From a bacterium (GTDB lineage Bacteria; Patescibacteriota; Saccharimonadia; CAILAD01; GCA-016700035), in the NCBI GenBank assembly GCA_020854115.1, contig JADZGC010000004.1, positions 65,665-129,664 on the forward strand: DNA of 64,000 nucleotides, in the 5' to 3' direction. Numbering within the stretch: the first letter of the stretch is position 1; each line of letters opens with the position of its first letter. Positions 7,854-19,094 of the stretch are shown piece after piece. The notes under the pieces are model-generated. The model was not told the DNA's origin, searched no databases, and worked only from the letters and a program-made list of their open reading frames with translations. The position numbers and the translations under genes were made by a program.

Positions 7854-10376
7854 ATGAGCGAATTTGCAAGTCTCATTCTTCTCGTCATGTTGGTTGTCAT
7901 GTTGGGTGTCGGTGGTGTTGTATTCTGGATTGTGCGCCGCCGCTTGCAGCACGCTAAGGACATCGAGCGCAGCCTTAAGATGGTGCCATTACTCCTAAAG
8001 TTACCTCCGGCCGAGGAAGATGAGAGTCAGCGTGATGAGCGTGAGAAAATCAAAGAAAATGTCTCACGTGCTGAGGGCATATACACGCTGCTTTCAGGTA
8101 TCGCCACAAATCGTCGTTGGCTGTATTCTCAGCGGCATATATCTTTTGAGATCGTGGCCCATGGCGAGCAGATCTACTTCTATGTTGCGGTGCCGGTTGC
8201 GCTTGTAACTTCTGTCGAAAAGGCTCTGGTCGCGGCCTATCCGACCATACAGATTATCCCAGCCGAGGATCACAACATCTTCTCTGAGACGGGCAAGATA
8301 GCGACTATTACAGGTGGGGAGATGCACCTGACTGGAGACTCATTTTATCCCTTGCAGACCTATAAGACGTTGGAATTCGACCCTTTAGCGGGCATGCTAT
8401 CAGCATTGACGCGCCTGAAACCTGATGAGGGTGTGGTAGTGCAAGTGATGTTTCGGCCGGCCAATCCGAAGTGGGTCATCAAGGCTCGCGAGTTCGCCAA
8501 GGGGCTCTTGAATCCGCAGCGAGCAAAAATGCATGATCCGATGCATATAGCGGCATCGGTGGCACGAGCCCCATTTGGTTCACCTGACTGGCAGGCTAAA
8601 GAACAGATGCAAGACCCATCGAAACAGGCCGATTCGATTGACCAGAAGTTGGCTCAAGCAGTTGAGGAAAAGGCGGCCCAGCCGGCCTTTGAAACGCTTA
8701 TCCGAATTGTGACGAGCTCGGATGATTTTGGTCGTAGTAAACTGCTCTTACAGGATGTCGTGAATGGCTTTGCACAGTTTGCACTACCAGGTAGTAATAG
8801 CTTTCAATTCGTCGCCGATCCATCACAGCAGCAGCTTGCGACCGACTTGATTTTTCGATTCTTCCCGGCGCAAAAAAAGAAAGTGATCCTAAATAGCTCG
8901 GAGCTCGCGACGCTATTCCATTTGCCGAGCAGTCATTCAGAGCTGGCTGCGCCACTTGAACGCAAGGGCCTTAAGGAGGTTGCTTCACCTGCGGACTTGC
9001 CGGACGCCGGGATTGTCCTGGGAAGCAACTTCTTCCAGGGCAAGGAAAAGGTCGTTCGGCTTACGGATAAGGATCGCACACGCCACATGTACATTCTTGG
9101 TCAGACCGGTACCGGTAAGTCTGTCTTGCTTGGCGATATGATTGTGCAGGATATGATGGCCGGGAAGGGCTTGTGCTTTATTGACCCGCATGGTGAGGTG
9201 GCTGAAGAAATTATTGCTAAGGTTCCGCCGCATCGAGCTGAGGATGTGATTTACTTCAATCCAGCCGATATGGCTATGCCGCTCGGAATGAATATCTTAG
9301 AAACTGATCCGGCGCATCCAGAACAAAAAGACTTTGTGATTCAAGAAACGTTGGCGATGCTCTATAAGATGTATGACCCAAATAACCAGGGTTTTATCGG
9401 CCCGCGCTTTGAGCAGTGGTATCGTAATGCGGCTCTGACGGTAATGGCTGACCCGGCTGGGGCGACCTTCCTTGAGATCCCCAAGCCGTTCTTGGACGAT
9501 GACTTTTTGAAGGCGAAATTCAAATATGTGACAGATCCGACAGTGCAAGACTTTTGGATTAATGAAATGGGTCAAACCTCTGAACGCGATAAGAGCGAGA
9601 TGCTTGGCTACTTTGTATCAAAGTGGGGCGCCTTCCAGTCAAACGAAACGATGCGCAATATTATGGGGCAGCATCAGAGTGCGTTTGATTTTGGCAAGGT
9701 GATGGATGAGGGCAAGATCCTGATTGTCAATCTCTCGAAGGGCCAAGTCGGTGAGCTGAATGCAAAATATCTTGGGATGATTTTCGTGATCAAAGTGCTT
9801 GCTGCAGCCTTCGCTCGCTCAGGCAGGCCAAAAGATCAAATGCCGCTCTTTACACTCTACGTCGATGAGTTTCAAAACTTCGCTACTGAGTCATTTGCAA
9901 CGATTCTGTCTGAAGCCCGTAAGTACAACCTGTGTCTTGTCGTGGCAAACCAGTTTATTGGTCAGTTGACCGATGAGATTAAGGGTGCGGTATTTGGCAA
10001 CGTTGGTACGCTTTTCACTTATCGCTGTGGGCCAGATGATGCTGAATATCTAGAGAAGCAGTTCCTGCCAAGCTTTGATAAGACTGACCTCGTCAATATG
10101 CCAAACCTCTTGGGTGCGGTGAAGTTGATGGCAAATGGGTTGCCGACGAAGCCTTTTACGCTCAAGCCGATCTTCCCGCCCATAGGAGGATATGGTGATG
10201 CGAATGTGGCGCTGAATGTGAAAGAGCTGTCGCGCAATAAGTATGGTCGACCAAAGGAGGAAGTAGCTAAGGAGGTAGCAGCTGCGCTGACGATGCGTGA
10301 TGAGCCAAGGCCAAGTAGTGCACCAGCTCCCGCCGAGCAAGCTTCAGTACCAGCTGGTTCTCAGTCAGCACAGTAA
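7854..10376 (+). CDS. Membrane-anchored VirD4/TraG-HerA-like P-loop ATPase (CPR T4SS coupling-like protein)
   Basis: N-terminal TM. Walker A GQTGTGKS, FIDPHGE, Walker B LYVDEFQNF, ILSEARKY...ANQ. Confidence 0.9.
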   Translation: MSEFASLILLVMLVVMLGVGGVVFWIVRRRLQHAKDIERSLKMVPLLLKLPPAEEDESQRDEREKIKENVSRAEGIYTLLSGIATNRRWLYSQRHISFEIVAHGEQIYFYVAVPVALVTSVEKALVAAYPTIQIIPAEDHNIFSETGKIATITGGEMHLTGDSFYPLQTYKTLEFDPLAGMLSALTRLKPDEGVVVQVMFRPANPKWVIKAREFAKGLLNPQRAKMHDPMHIAASVARAPFGSPDWQAKEQMQDPSKQADSIDQKLAQAVEEKAAQPAFETLIRIVTSSDDFGRSKLLLQDVVNGFAQFALPGSNSFQFVADPSQQQLATDLIFRFFPAQKKKVILNSSELATLFHLPSSHSELAAPLERKGLKEVASPADLPDAGIVLGSNFFQGKEKVVRLTDKDRTRHMYILGQTGTGKSVLLGDMIVQDMMAGKGLCFIDPHGEVAEEIIAKVPPHRAEDVIYFNPADMAMPLGMNILETDPAHPEQKDFVIQETLAMLYKMYDPNNQGFIGPRFEQWYRNAALTVMADPAGATFLEIPKPFLDDDFLKAKFKYVTDPTVQDFWINEMGQTSERDKSEMLGYFVSKWGAFQSNETMRNIMGQHQSAFDFGKVMDEGKILIVNLSKGQVGELNAKYLGMIFVIKVLAAAFARSGRPKDQMPLFTLYVDEFQNFATESFATILSEARKYNLCLVVANQFIGQLTDEIKGAVFGNVGTLFTYRCGPDDAEYLEKQFLPSFDKTDLVNMPNLLGAVKLMANGLPTKPFTLKPIFPPIGGYGDANVALNVKELSRNKYGRPKEEVAKEVAAALTMRDEPRPSSAPAPAEQASVPAGSQSAQ

Positions 10377-10409
10377 GTGCTACAATGCTCTTAAGGTAAT
10401 CAAATATCA

Positions 10410-12308
10410 ATGCTATTTCGCGACTTCGTTACAAATTTTTCTGTCGGGCAGCAGGATCGTGGGCTTGTCTCATACTACATCAAGCGATTAGGTCAAGAAC
10501 AGGCAGTTCGGGCTGCTGGGGCGGTACTGGCGGTAATGGTTTCTATCTTTCAGGTGCTCACTGTCGTAGCGCCTCCTCAGCACTCGGAGGCAAGTGCTGG
10601 GTCTGCAAACGACGTTATCTATGGTGGTTTCTCGTCGAAGGCAGAGTTGCTGCGTCGATACGATAGCGACCTCGAGCTTCGAGCAGTGTACCTGCAGCTG
10701 AAGATCACGCGTCCAATGATCGAGGCTGCTACTAATGGCACTGCTAATTCTTCCGACAATACCTGGTCTGTAGGTCGCTTGCCACATGGTGACAAAAACA
10801 TCAAGTTTACTGTTGCTGGTGGGCGCACGCCTTTCTATGTTCGCCCCTTAAGCGTGTGGGGGGCTGGTAAGCAATTCCCTGGGCTTCAAGGTGTGAATGC
10901 AGACGGCAATCGTTTTTGGATCCTGTATGATTGTGGTAATCCGGTCGTGGAACTTCCAAGGGATAATCCTGCGCAGAAGAATCCTCCGACGGCACCTCCA
11001 ACTGTGCCACCAACCGAACCACCTACGGTTCCTCCGACGGCACCTCCAACTGCCCCACCAACTACTCCTCCTACGGTTCCGCCCACTAATCCGCCGAGGA
11101 TATCTTACGTATGCGATAGCCTCGAGGCTACGTACGATAGCAATAACCAGCAGCGCTATGCGCCACTTACGGTTAATTTCAAGACCACTGCTTCGGTTTC
11201 GAATACTACAATCACAGGATATATCTATGACTTCGGCGACCAAGAGAACGAAAATGCCAACAATCAGTCTACAGGTCATACCTATACCAGGGCAGGCACC
11301 TACACTGCGACCGTACGCGTCAAGACGACTGCCGGTACCACAGAGCAAAACGCGGCATGTCGCGCGACCATTGTTGTGGGTAGCGTGCCACCGCCACCAC
11401 CCGTCAGGTACGCCTGTTTGCAGCTAACAGCCTATCAGGATGCGAATAATCCCTCGGGTAACGCACCGTTGAAGGTGAGCTTCGCAACCGAAAAGCTGGT
11501 AGAGAACACGGGCTTTGTGAGCTATCTCTATGAATTTGGTGACGGTACGACAAAAGAAACCAGCACCAATCCGTATGAGCATACCTATGAGAAGGCAGGT
11601 ACCTATGTAGCGAAGGTCCGCATCAAAACTCGTGCCGGTACGTCACAATATGTTGAAGAATGTCAGGTGACACTACAAGTAGTGAGTCCTAATATGAGTT
11701 ACAAGAAGTCAGCCCTCAACCTTACTCTGCTTGATGCAAATAAGCAGCCAACGAACGCCGCTGGTACTCAGGCGCGTGCTGGGGATAAGATTAAATACTC
11801 ACTGACAGTCTATAACTCCGGCACTGGTCCCGTTGATGAGTTTGTCTTTGATGAAGCGATAAGTGACATTTTGGAGTATGCTGACATTGTTGATCAAGGT
11901 GGAGGTAAGCTAGTCGAGACTGCTATCCCCGGCAAAGATGGTGCAAAGACGACGAATCTTGTCTGGCCAGCACAGGCAGTTGGTCCTGGTAAGACAGTCA
12001 CTAAAGAATTTATCGTTCAAATCAAGAGCCCCATTCCAGCCGTGCCGGTTGGTAAGAGTGATAAGAACTCGTATGACTTGCAGATGGATAATATCTTCTA
12101 CGGTCAGCGAGTGACGATTACGCTCCCTGCTGCACCTCCGAAGCAGATCGAGCGCGTTGTGATGACACTACCCCAAACGGGCGCTACCCTCGCCAATACG
12201 GCGCTCGCGCTGTTTGCTGCTGGAGCAGTATTCATCTACTTGCGCAATCGACTAATCCGAAAAGAACTAGCTATTCTCAATAACATACACGAGGGCTTGC
12301 CATCATGA
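10410..12308 (+). CDS. Surface protein: PPT linker, two PKD domains, DUF11-like domain, LPXTG sorting signal
   Basis: Signal/TM segment. YDFGD...HTYTRAGTYTATV-type motif twice. GDKIKYSLTVYNSG. LPQTG 12168-12182 followed by TM and basic tail. Confidence 0.85.
   Translation: MLFRDFVTNFSVGQQDRGLVSYYIKRLGQEQAVRAAGAVLAVMVSIFQVLTVVAPPQHSEASAGSANDVIYGGFSSKAELLRRYDSDLELRAVYLQLKITRPMIEAATNGTANSSDNTWSVGRLPHGDKNIKFTVAGGRTPFYVRPLSVWGAGKQFPGLQGVNADGNRFWILYDCGNPVVELPRDNPAQKNPPTAPPTVPPTEPPTVPPTAPPTAPPTTPPTVPPTNPPRISYVCDSLEATYDSNNQQRYAPLTVNFKTTASVSNTTITGYIYDFGDQENENANNQSTGHTYTRAGTYTATVRVKTTAGTTEQNAACRATIVVGSVPPPPPVRYACLQLTAYQDANNPSGNAPLKVSFATEKLVENTGFVSYLYEFGDGTTKETSTNPYEHTYEKAGTYVAKVRIKTRAGTSQYVEECQVTLQVVSPNMSYKKSALNLTLLDANKQPTNAAGTQARAGDKIKYSLTVYNSGTGPVDEFVFDEAISDILEYADIVDQGGGKLVETAIPGKDGAKTTNLVWPAQAVGPGKTVTKEFIVQIKSPIPAVPVGKSDKNSYDLQMDNIFYGQRVTITLPAAPPKQIERVVMTLPQTGATLANTALALFAAGAVFIYLRNRLIRKELAILNNIHEGLPS
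10983..11096 (+). repeat. Degenerate 12-bp coding tandem repeat (PPTx)n
   Basis: Encodes PPTAPPTVPPTEPPTVPPTAPPTAPPTTPPTVPPTNPP. cctccgacggcacctccaactg occurs at 10983 and 11031. Confidence 0.9.
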
Positions 12309-12976
12309 GCGAACGCGAACCACGCGGCAAAGAACAATCTGAGCGAAATAGTACTCAGCGCAATGAGCTCAAGGATATCGCGAAACAATCGCAGCAGGAG
12401 AAGCTAGCGGCTGACGCGGGTACGGAATCAAAACGCCAACAAGCAATCGATAAGGCGCGAGAACAGCTCAAAGCGACCGAAAAACAAGCGGAAAAGTCTC
12501 AGGAGACGAAGGCTGAAGTCCAGGCAGTAAAATCTGAGAAGAAGGTTGAGAAGGCCGAAACAGTCGAGAAGCCAGAGCCGAAGACCGAAAAACAAGCGGA
12601 AAAGTCTCAGGAGACGAAGGCTGCACAGTCTACTGGTAGACGAGCTCGTAAGCAAGCTTATGATCATACTATGGAGCAAGTGCGGAGTCAGCTGACCCCG
12701 AGTCAGCAAGTGTTTTCGCGCTTCGTACATAGCCGTCCGATAGAATATACGAGCGAGCTACTTGAGGAAACATTCTATCGTCCAAGCTTTTTGTTGGGTG
12801 GCACTCTCGGCGCCTTGATCTTCGGTGGCGCGTTGTATATTTCTGCTCGGGTGTTTGGCTTTGAATTGTCGGGCAGTGAATTTACGCTAGGTATCATTGG
12901 CGGCGGCCTGGCCGGATTCGTGTGTGAAAAGCTCTATCGTTTCATTCGTAAAGATAAATCACCTCTAGACGTTTAG
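12305..12976 (+). CDS. Hypothetical protein, charged N-terminus plus two C-terminal TM helices
   Basis: ATGA overlap with the upstream gene. E/K/Q-rich coil, then FSRFVH...RPSFLLGG and TM segments. Confidence 0.8.
   Translation: MSEREPRGKEQSERNSTQRNELKDIAKQSQQEKLAADAGTESKRQQAIDKAREQLKATEKQAEKSQETKAEVQAVKSEKKVEKAETVEKPEPKTEKQAEKSQETKAAQSTGRRARKQAYDHTMEQVRSQLTPSQQVFSRFVHSRPIEYTSELLEETFYRPSFLLGGTLGALIFGGALYISARVFGFELSGSEFTLGIIGGGLAGFVCEKLYRFIRKDKSPLDV
12475..12623 (+). repeat. Exact 41-bp in-frame direct repeat
   Basis: gaccgaaaaacaagcggaaaagtctcaggagacgaaggctg at 12475-12515 and 12583-12623. Confidence 0.9.
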
Positions 12977-13166
12977 TAAAATACGCAAAGAGGTCGACGG
13001 TGAGCTGATTATCACCTCGAAGCCTGGGGTCGAGGCGGTTGTTCCTATGAATAAACTACCAAAATTTCACAGTAATAATAAGTACTGGCTGTCACGCTCC
13101 CCATATACTGAACACGCTGTCTTGGACAATGCAGTAAAATAATCAGTAAACAAGGAGTAAAAAAAT

Positions 13167-13424
13167 ATACCAGGATTTAAACCAATAGATCCAGAAATTA
13201 AGACTGAAATACTGGATCAAATTCGCAACCAAGGTATTAGCGTAAGTCAGGCGGCGGCCTCACATAATGTCAGTACAAAAACCATCTACAACTGGCTTCG
13301 AGCTGGTGTAGTCGACGGAGATAAGAATTTAATCCTAGAGAACAACAGGCTAAAAAAAGAATTGGAACAGGCCTACAAGGTTCTAGGTAGGCTGACGGCT
13401 GAGACACAACGCCCAAAAGGCTAG
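13167..13424 (+). CDS. IS3 OrfA (HTH plus leucine zipper); start codon reads ATA
   Basis: AAGGAG RBS at 13152. IPGFKPIDPEIKTEILDQIRNQGISVSQAAASHNVSTKTIYNW...ENNRLKKELEQ. Absent from the ORF track because it lacks ATG. Confidence 0.8.
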   Translation: MPGFKPIDPEIKTEILDQIRNQGISVSQAAASHNVSTKTIYNWLRAGVVDGDKNLILENNRLKKELEQAYKVLGRLTAETQRPKG

Positions 13425-14275
13425 CCGCTCTGGACGAGGTCGATCCAGGCTGGCGGAAGCAATATATTCGTCGTCTTGGACTTAGTAGAACAAGTTACTA
13501 CGTTCGTCCGACCAAACAAGCTAGTCTCGACAACCAAGCTGTTGCTGAGCTTCAAGCAGTTCATGAGGTGCATCCATTCTACGGTGTTGACCGTTTGAGC
13601 ATGCATCTCGGCTGGAACAAGAAGAAAACCAGGCGGATTCGTGACTTAGCTGGTGTGGTCATCCCCACTCCTGTCAAAAAGCGTCGAGGCAACAAATCTA
13701 GCAAAGCAGAAATTAACGCTCCACTCAATATCTTGCAACGCTATGCCAAGTTCAAAGATGAGCTCAGACCGCAAGACGGCATGGACTACATGGGCATGGT
13801 GGATGCCCATGCCTGGGTGCAGGACTTTACCTATCTGTGGCTTAGTAAAAACACGCACCACTTGGCTGTAGTTTTAGATCTCAAAACTAGGCAGGTTGTT
13901 GGTTGGCGACTTGGTCTGCGTCACTCCAGTGAGCTAACCCACGAAGCCCTACTTGATGCTCTGAGTAAGCACGATAGTCCAGCTATCTTACATAGCGACC
14001 AAGGAAGTGAATATCTGAGCTACAAACACCAGGACTTATGCGCCAAGATGGAGATTCTACTCAGCGCCAGCAACAAATCTAGTCCGTGGCAAAACGGCTT
14101 CATGGAGCGTTGGTTTGGAGGCTTCAAGCGTGAAATGGGAAACCTTAGTCAGTACAAAGATTTAGCCCAACTTCATGAAGCAATTGCCATGCATATTTAT
14201 TACTATAACCACAAACGCATCCACACGGCATTAGGCATGAGTCTAGCAGCTTACGCTGCTAGCCTCAAAACCTAG
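13403..14275 (+). CDS. IS3 OrfB DDE transposase, reached by -1 frameshift
   Basis: -1 frame open from 13403: LGLSRTSYY, WVQDFTY, HSDQGSEY, QNGFMERW, YYNHKRIH. Confidence 0.88.
   Translation, partial: DTTPKRLAALDEVDPGWRKQYIRRLGLSRTSYYVRPTKQASLDNQAVAELQAVHEVHPFYGVDRLSMHLGWNKKKTRRIRDLAGVVIPTPVKKRRGNKSSKAEINAPLNILQRYAKFKDELRPQDGMDYMGMVDAHAWVQDFTYLWLSKNTHHLAVVLDLKTRQVVGWRLGLRHSSELTHEALLDALSKHDSPAILHSDQGSEYLSYKHQDLCAKMEILLSASNKSSPWQNGFMERWFGGFKREMGNLSQYKDLAQLHEAIAMHIYYYNHKRIHTALGMSLAAYAASLKT
13412..13456 (+). promoter_or_regulatory. -1 programmed ribosomal frameshift signal
   Basis: Slippery heptamer C CCA AAA (13412-13418) in the orfA frame, followed by hairpin ccgc-tctgga...tccag-gctg-gcgg. Confidence 0.7.
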
Positions 14276-14427
14276 GCGGTTTTGTCTTAGACAAGGTGTT
14301 TGTTGAAAAGGGAGGTTGACTGAACCGGCTGATCAATCCCTTGCTCCAACCTGATCTTCTCTTATATAATGGATTGGTATTTTGTGACTAATAAAAAAGA
14401 AAAACCTTTGGAGGGGTTACCTTACTC

Positions 14428-16533
14428 GTGGCAGATGTAGACAAGACAGCAAAAAAACCGGCTAAATATTCTGCAGAACAAATTCAGGTACTTGAGGGGC
14501 TTGAGCCGGTCCGCAAGCGTCCTGGTATGTACATCGGCGGCACCGGTAGCGAGGGATTGCATCACCTGGTATGGGAGCTAGTCAATAACTCGATCGATGA
14601 GGCCCTGGCCGGGGCTGCGACCGTGGTTGAGGTTGCGCTCGAGGCTGATGGTTGGGTGCGAGTGACTGATAATGGGCGTGGTATACCAGTAGACACAGTG
14701 AAATCGACTGGCAAGTCAGCTCTCGAGACAGTGCTGACTGTTTTGCACGCCGGCGGTAAGTTTGGCGGCGACGGCTATAAGGTTTCTGGTGGTTTGCACG
14801 GTGTTGGTGTGTCGGTAGTAAACGCTCTGGCAACTGATTTGCATGCGATTGTCTATAAAGACGGATCGATTCACGAGCAGACGTACAAAGGTGGCGTAGC
14901 AACTGCCCCCATCAAGGTAACTGGCAAGACCAAGCAGACTGGAACGACCATTCGCTTTAAGCCAGACGAAACAATCTTTGAAACGGTGAAGTTTAGCTAC
15001 AATACAATTCTTGATTATCTACGCCATCAGGCATATCTGACCAAAGGTGTACGAGTGCGCCTGATAGATGAGAAACACAATAAGCGCTTTAGTTTTTATT
15101 TTGAGGGCGGTATCCGATCGTATGTTGAGCACCTCAACAAAGGCAAGGAGGCTATTAACGAGCCTACTTTCTATGTCGACAAGCAACAAGGCGATGTGAC
15201 GGTTGAGGCTGCTATTCAGTATGCTGATAGTTACAGCGAACAAGTGAAGAGCTTTGCAAATAATATCTACAACCCAGAAGGCGGGACGCACCTGACCGGC
15301 TTTAGGACGGCCTTGACGCGCGTCATTAATGACTATGCACGCAAAAACGGACTAATCAAGGAGAAGGACGAGTCTCTGACTGGCGATGATGTACGCGAAG
15401 GTTTAACCGCGATCGTATCGGTCAAATTGCCAGAGCCGCAGTTTGAGGGTCAGACCAAAGGTAAGCTGGGTAACCCAGAGATCCGCGGTATCGTTGATAC
15501 GGTCGTCAGTGAATACCTCGCTTATTATCTCGAAGAAAACCCAGTCGAGGCGAAGAAGATCATTAGTAAGGCATCGCTCTCGGCGCGTGCTCGACTAGCT
15601 GCGCGGGCAGCTCGCGACACCGTGATCCGTAAGGGTGCTCTCGAGGGCATGACACTTCCAGGTAAACTGGCTGACTGTAGCTCAAAGAAGATGGAGGAAT
15701 CCGAACTCTTTATTGTAGAGGGCGACTCGGCTGGCGGCTCTGCGAAGCAAGGCCGCAATCGTGAGTTTCAGGCGATTCTGCCATTGCGAGGTAAGATCCT
15801 CAATGTCGAGCGCGCTCGTCTTGATAAGATGCTTGGGAATAATGAAGTTAAAAACCTCATCATTGCTATGGGGACCGGCATAGCTGATAACTTTGATCTG
15901 GGTCGTTTGCGCTATGGTCGCATCATCATCGCCACGGACGCCGATGTGGATGGCTCGCACATCCGTACATTACTTCTGACATTCTTCTTCCGGCACATGC
16001 CATCTTTGATCGAAGAGGGGCATATCTTCATTGCTCAACCACCACTCTATAAGCTTTCGGTGGGTCGAGAAAAGCATTATGCGTACAATGATGGTGAGCG
16101 TGACGCCATCCTGTCGGAATTGGCTGCAAAGGCTGGAAGCAAGGCGAATAATAAAGACAAATCTCAAGCCGAAGTGGTCGAGGAAGGGGCTGAGTCTATC
16201 CCTGATAGTGTTGAGACGGCAGCCGATTTGGCAGAGCTGGCAATACAGACCGAACAAATTGATGAACAGGCTGTTGAAGATGAGGTCGCCTCAGAGACAG
16301 GCATCAAGATACCGGGTCTATCCATCCAGCGCTACAAGGGTCTTGGTGAGATGAACCCAGACCAGCTATGGGAGACAACCATGGATCCGAGTAATCGTGT
16401 GCTGCTCAAAGTAGCGATCGAAGATGCTGAAAAGGCAGATGCGATATTCTCGAAGCTTATGGGTGATGAAGTCAGCTTGCGTAAGCACTTCATTCAGATA
16501 CATGCGAAATCAGTAACTAACTTGGATATTTAA
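14428..16533 (+). CDS. gyrB: DNA gyrase subunit B
   Basis: [48 protein letters not shown]. Confidence 0.98.
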   Translation: MADVDKTAKKPAKYSAEQIQVLEGLEPVRKRPGMYIGGTGSEGLHHLVWELVNNSIDEALAGAATVVEVALEADGWVRVTDNGRGIPVDTVKSTGKSALETVLTVLHAGGKFGGDGYKVSGGLHGVGVSVVNALATDLHAIVYKDGSIHEQTYKGGVATAPIKVTGKTKQTGTTIRFKPDETIFETVKFSYNTILDYLRHQAYLTKGVRVRLIDEKHNKRFSFYFEGGIRSYVEHLNKGKEAINEPTFYVDKQQGDVTVEAAIQYADSYSEQVKSFANNIYNPEGGTHLTGFRTALTRVINDYARKNGLIKEKDESLTGDDVREGLTAIVSVKLPEPQFEGQTKGKLGNPEIRGIVDTVVSEYLAYYLEENPVEAKKIISKASLSARARLAARAARDTVIRKGALEGMTLPGKLADCSSKKMEESELFIVEGDSAGGSAKQGRNREFQAILPLRGKILNVERARLDKMLGNNEVKNLIIAMGTGIADNFDLGRLRYGRIIIATDADVDGSHIRTLLLTFFFRHMPSLIEEGHIFIAQPPLYKLSVGREKHYAYNDGERDAILSELAAKAGSKANNKDKSQAEVVEEGAESIPDSVETAADLAELAIQTEQIDEQAVEDEVASETGIKIPGLSIQRYKGLGEMNPDQLWETTMDPSNRVLLKVAIEDAEKADAIFSKLMGDEVSLRKHFIQIHAKSVTNLDI

Positions 16534-16535
16534 TC

Positions 16536-19055
16536 ATGGCTACAAAGAAATCATCCCTAGACATGACTCCAGAAGAACAGGCGAACGAAGCCTTGCAAGC
16601 TGCCAATATTGGTACGGTAAAATTCCAGCCGATCGAATCCGAGATGGAAAAAAGCTATCTTGAGTACGCTATGTCGGTCATTGTATCGCGCGCATTGCCA
16701 GATGTACGCGATGGGTTGAAGCCAGTACATCGACGCATTCTTTATGCAATGATGCGAGAGGGGCTGTACTCCAATCGCAAGCACTCTAAGTCTGCTGGTG
16801 TGGTCGGTGAAGTGTTGAAGAAATATCACCCGCACGGTGATTCGGCCGTGTATGATGCGATGGTGCGCTTGGCGCAACCATGGAGCTTACGCTACCCAAT
16901 GGTTGATGGTCAGGGCAACTTTGGTTCACCAGACGGTGATCGAGCGGCTGCCTATCGATATACCGAAGCGCGCATGACCAAGATTGCCGAAGAGATGTTG
17001 GTTGATATCGACAAGAATACGGTTGACTTCATGCCAAACTTCGACGGCTCACACAAAGAGCCAAAGGTGCTGCCCGCTAAATTACCAAACCTCTTATTGA
17101 ATGGTGTGCAAGGTATTGCTGTGGGTATGGCGACCAACATTCCGACTCACAATTTGCGTGAGTTGGTCGACGCTATTCTGCACATCATCGAGAATCCATC
17201 GGCTAATAGTGCCGACTTGCTACAGTTTGTAAAAGGTCCGGACTTCCCAACCGGTGGCATTATCTTTGATGATGGCGGCATTGCTAGCGCCTACACGACC
17301 GGCAAGGGGAGTATCGTGATGCGTGCAGTAGCCGAGATCGTTGAATCAAAGAAGGGCAAGCAACAAATCTTAGTGACCGAACTACCATATCAGGTAGTTC
17401 GTGGAAATCTTGTCGAGAAGATCGCTGAGCTGGTACATGCGAAGAAGGTTGTTGGTATTAGTGATATTCGTGACGAGAGCTCTGATCGCGATGGCACTCG
17501 TATTGTGATTGAGCTCAAAAAAGATGCCTATGCGCAGAAGCTTCTGAATCAGCTCTACAAGCTCACACCGATGCAGACGAGCTTCCACGTCAATATGCTT
17601 GCGCTCGTGGATGGCATTCAGCCGCGCGTATTGAATCTAGAAATGGTGTTGAAGTACTACTTGCAGCACCGGCAGGAGGTTGTCCGACGTCGTACGGAGT
17701 TTGATCTCAAGAAAGCCGAAGATCGAGCCCATATCCTCGAAGGTTTGTTGAAGGCACTCGATGAGATTGATAAGGTTATATCGACGATCCGTGCCAGTCA
17801 GACACAGGATGAAGCTCGCAAGGCCTTGATGCAAAACTTCAAGCTGACCGAAGTGCAGGCAAATGCCATCCTGGCGATGCAGTTACGAACTCTAGCTGGC
17901 CTGGAGCGCAAAAAGATCGAAGACGAATATGCTGAGTTGCAAAAACTCATCAAGGAGCTCAAGAGGATTCTGAGTAGTGCTGAAAATATCTTGGCTGTTA
18001 TTAAGGAAGAGCTTACGGAGATGCGCGATAAGTATGGTGACGAGCGCCGTACGCAGATTGAGAACAAAGGCGCTGGTATATTTTCAGAAGAAGATCTTGT
18101 GCCGAACGAAGATGTGATTATTACTTTGACAAATGGCGGTTACATCAAACGCATGCCTTCTGACACCTACAAGAGTCAAGGTCGTGGCGGCAAGGGCATT
18201 ATGGGTATGACGACCAAGGAAGAAGACGTTGTGCAAGATGTCTTGAAGACCAAGAACCATGATTGGGTGCTCTTTTTCACGAGTAAGGGGCGTGCGTTTC
18301 GCCTGAAGGTCTATGAGATTCCAGCCGCAAGTCGAGTTGCGAAGGGTGTGTCTATTGTCAATATTCTTAATCTTGCGCCTGAAGAACGAGTAACGAGCTC
18401 TGTGGCCCTGACCAAGGAGGAGCAGGCGCAGTATCTTTTCATGGCGACGCGTCAAGGTACTATCAAGAAGAGCAAGTTAACTGATTTTGCAAACATCCGC
18501 TCGAGTGGGATTATTGCCATTAAACTCGATGTCGGCGATGAACTGGCTTGGGTCAAGAAGTGTAGTGATGGTGATGATATTATCTTGTCGACATCGAAGG
18601 CACAGGCATTACGCTTCGGCCAAGAGGCTGCTCGGCCGATGGGTCGCGCGACTCGGGGCGTGCGGGGTATGCGTTTGCGTGCCGAGGATCATGTAGTCGG
18701 TGTCGATATTATTGGTCAAGAAGAAGGTCTCATGCTCGTCACGTGTGCGAACGGCTACGGTAAGCTCACGAAGACGGAGCAATTTACAAAGCATGCGCGC
18801 GGGGGGGTAGGAATTAAGGCTGGGGTGGTGACTACAAAGACGGGTGAGGTGATTGACTCTCGCGTGATTGGGGCGCGCGATGATGATCTGCTCCTGATCT
18901 CTCGTCAGGGTCAAGTAATTCGCTTGCGACTCAAAGATATCTCGGTGATAGGGCGTGCTACGCAGGGAGTGCGCATCATGAAGCTCAAGGATGGCGACAC
19001 AGTTGCATCACTTGCATTGATTGATGCTTCAGGTGAGCCTGAGGTTACGGAGTAG
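16536..19055 (+). CDS. gyrA: DNA gyrase subunit A
   Basis: [32 protein letters not shown], GyrA-box QGRGGKG. Confidence 0.98.
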   Translation: MATKKSSLDMTPEEQANEALQAANIGTVKFQPIESEMEKSYLEYAMSVIVSRALPDVRDGLKPVHRRILYAMMREGLYSNRKHSKSAGVVGEVLKKYHPHGDSAVYDAMVRLAQPWSLRYPMVDGQGNFGSPDGDRAAAYRYTEARMTKIAEEMLVDIDKNTVDFMPNFDGSHKEPKVLPAKLPNLLLNGVQGIAVGMATNIPTHNLRELVDAILHIIENPSANSADLLQFVKGPDFPTGGIIFDDGGIASAYTTGKGSIVMRAVAEIVESKKGKQQILVTELPYQVVRGNLVEKIAELVHAKKVVGISDIRDESSDRDGTRIVIELKKDAYAQKLLNQLYKLTPMQTSFHVNMLALVDGIQPRVLNLEMVLKYYLQHRQEVVRRRTEFDLKKAEDRAHILEGLLKALDEIDKVISTIRASQTQDEARKALMQNFKLTEVQANAILAMQLRTLAGLERKKIEDEYAELQKLIKELKRILSSAENILAVIKEELTEMRDKYGDERRTQIENKGAGIFSEEDLVPNEDVIITLTNGGYIKRMPSDTYKSQGRGGKGIMGMTTKEEDVVQDVLKTKNHDWVLFFTSKGRAFRLKVYEIPAASRVAKGVSIVNILNLAPEERVTSSVALTKEEQAQYLFMATRQGTIKKSKLTDFANIRSSGIIAIKLDVGDELAWVKKCSDGDDIILSTSKAQALRFGQEAARPMGRATRGVRGMRLRAEDHVVGVDIIGQEEGLMLVTCANGYGKLTKTEQFTKHARGGVGIKAGVVTTKTGEVIDSRVIGARDDDLLLISRQGQVIRLRLKDISVIGRATQGVRIMKLKDGDTVASLALIDASGEPEVTE

Positions 19056-19094
19056 CGCAGATTGCGTCAAGTGCGGTAGGATAGAAGCATAACC

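Larger units (their letters stand above)
13090..14321 (+). mobile_element. IS3-family insertion sequence, probably defective
   Basis: Imperfect ~38-bp terminal IRs (tgtcacgctcccc...tgtcttggaca versus tgtcttagac...gggaggttgact). orfA/orfB organisation. Confidence 0.88.

Noticed and set aside
7854-10376. Conjugative element or ICE
   Set aside because: No relaxase, virB genes, integrase or composition shift.
10983-11096. Short repeats as a CRISPR array
   Set aside because: Codon-phased proline repeats inside a CDS with no spacers. No cas genes or arrays were seen in the window.
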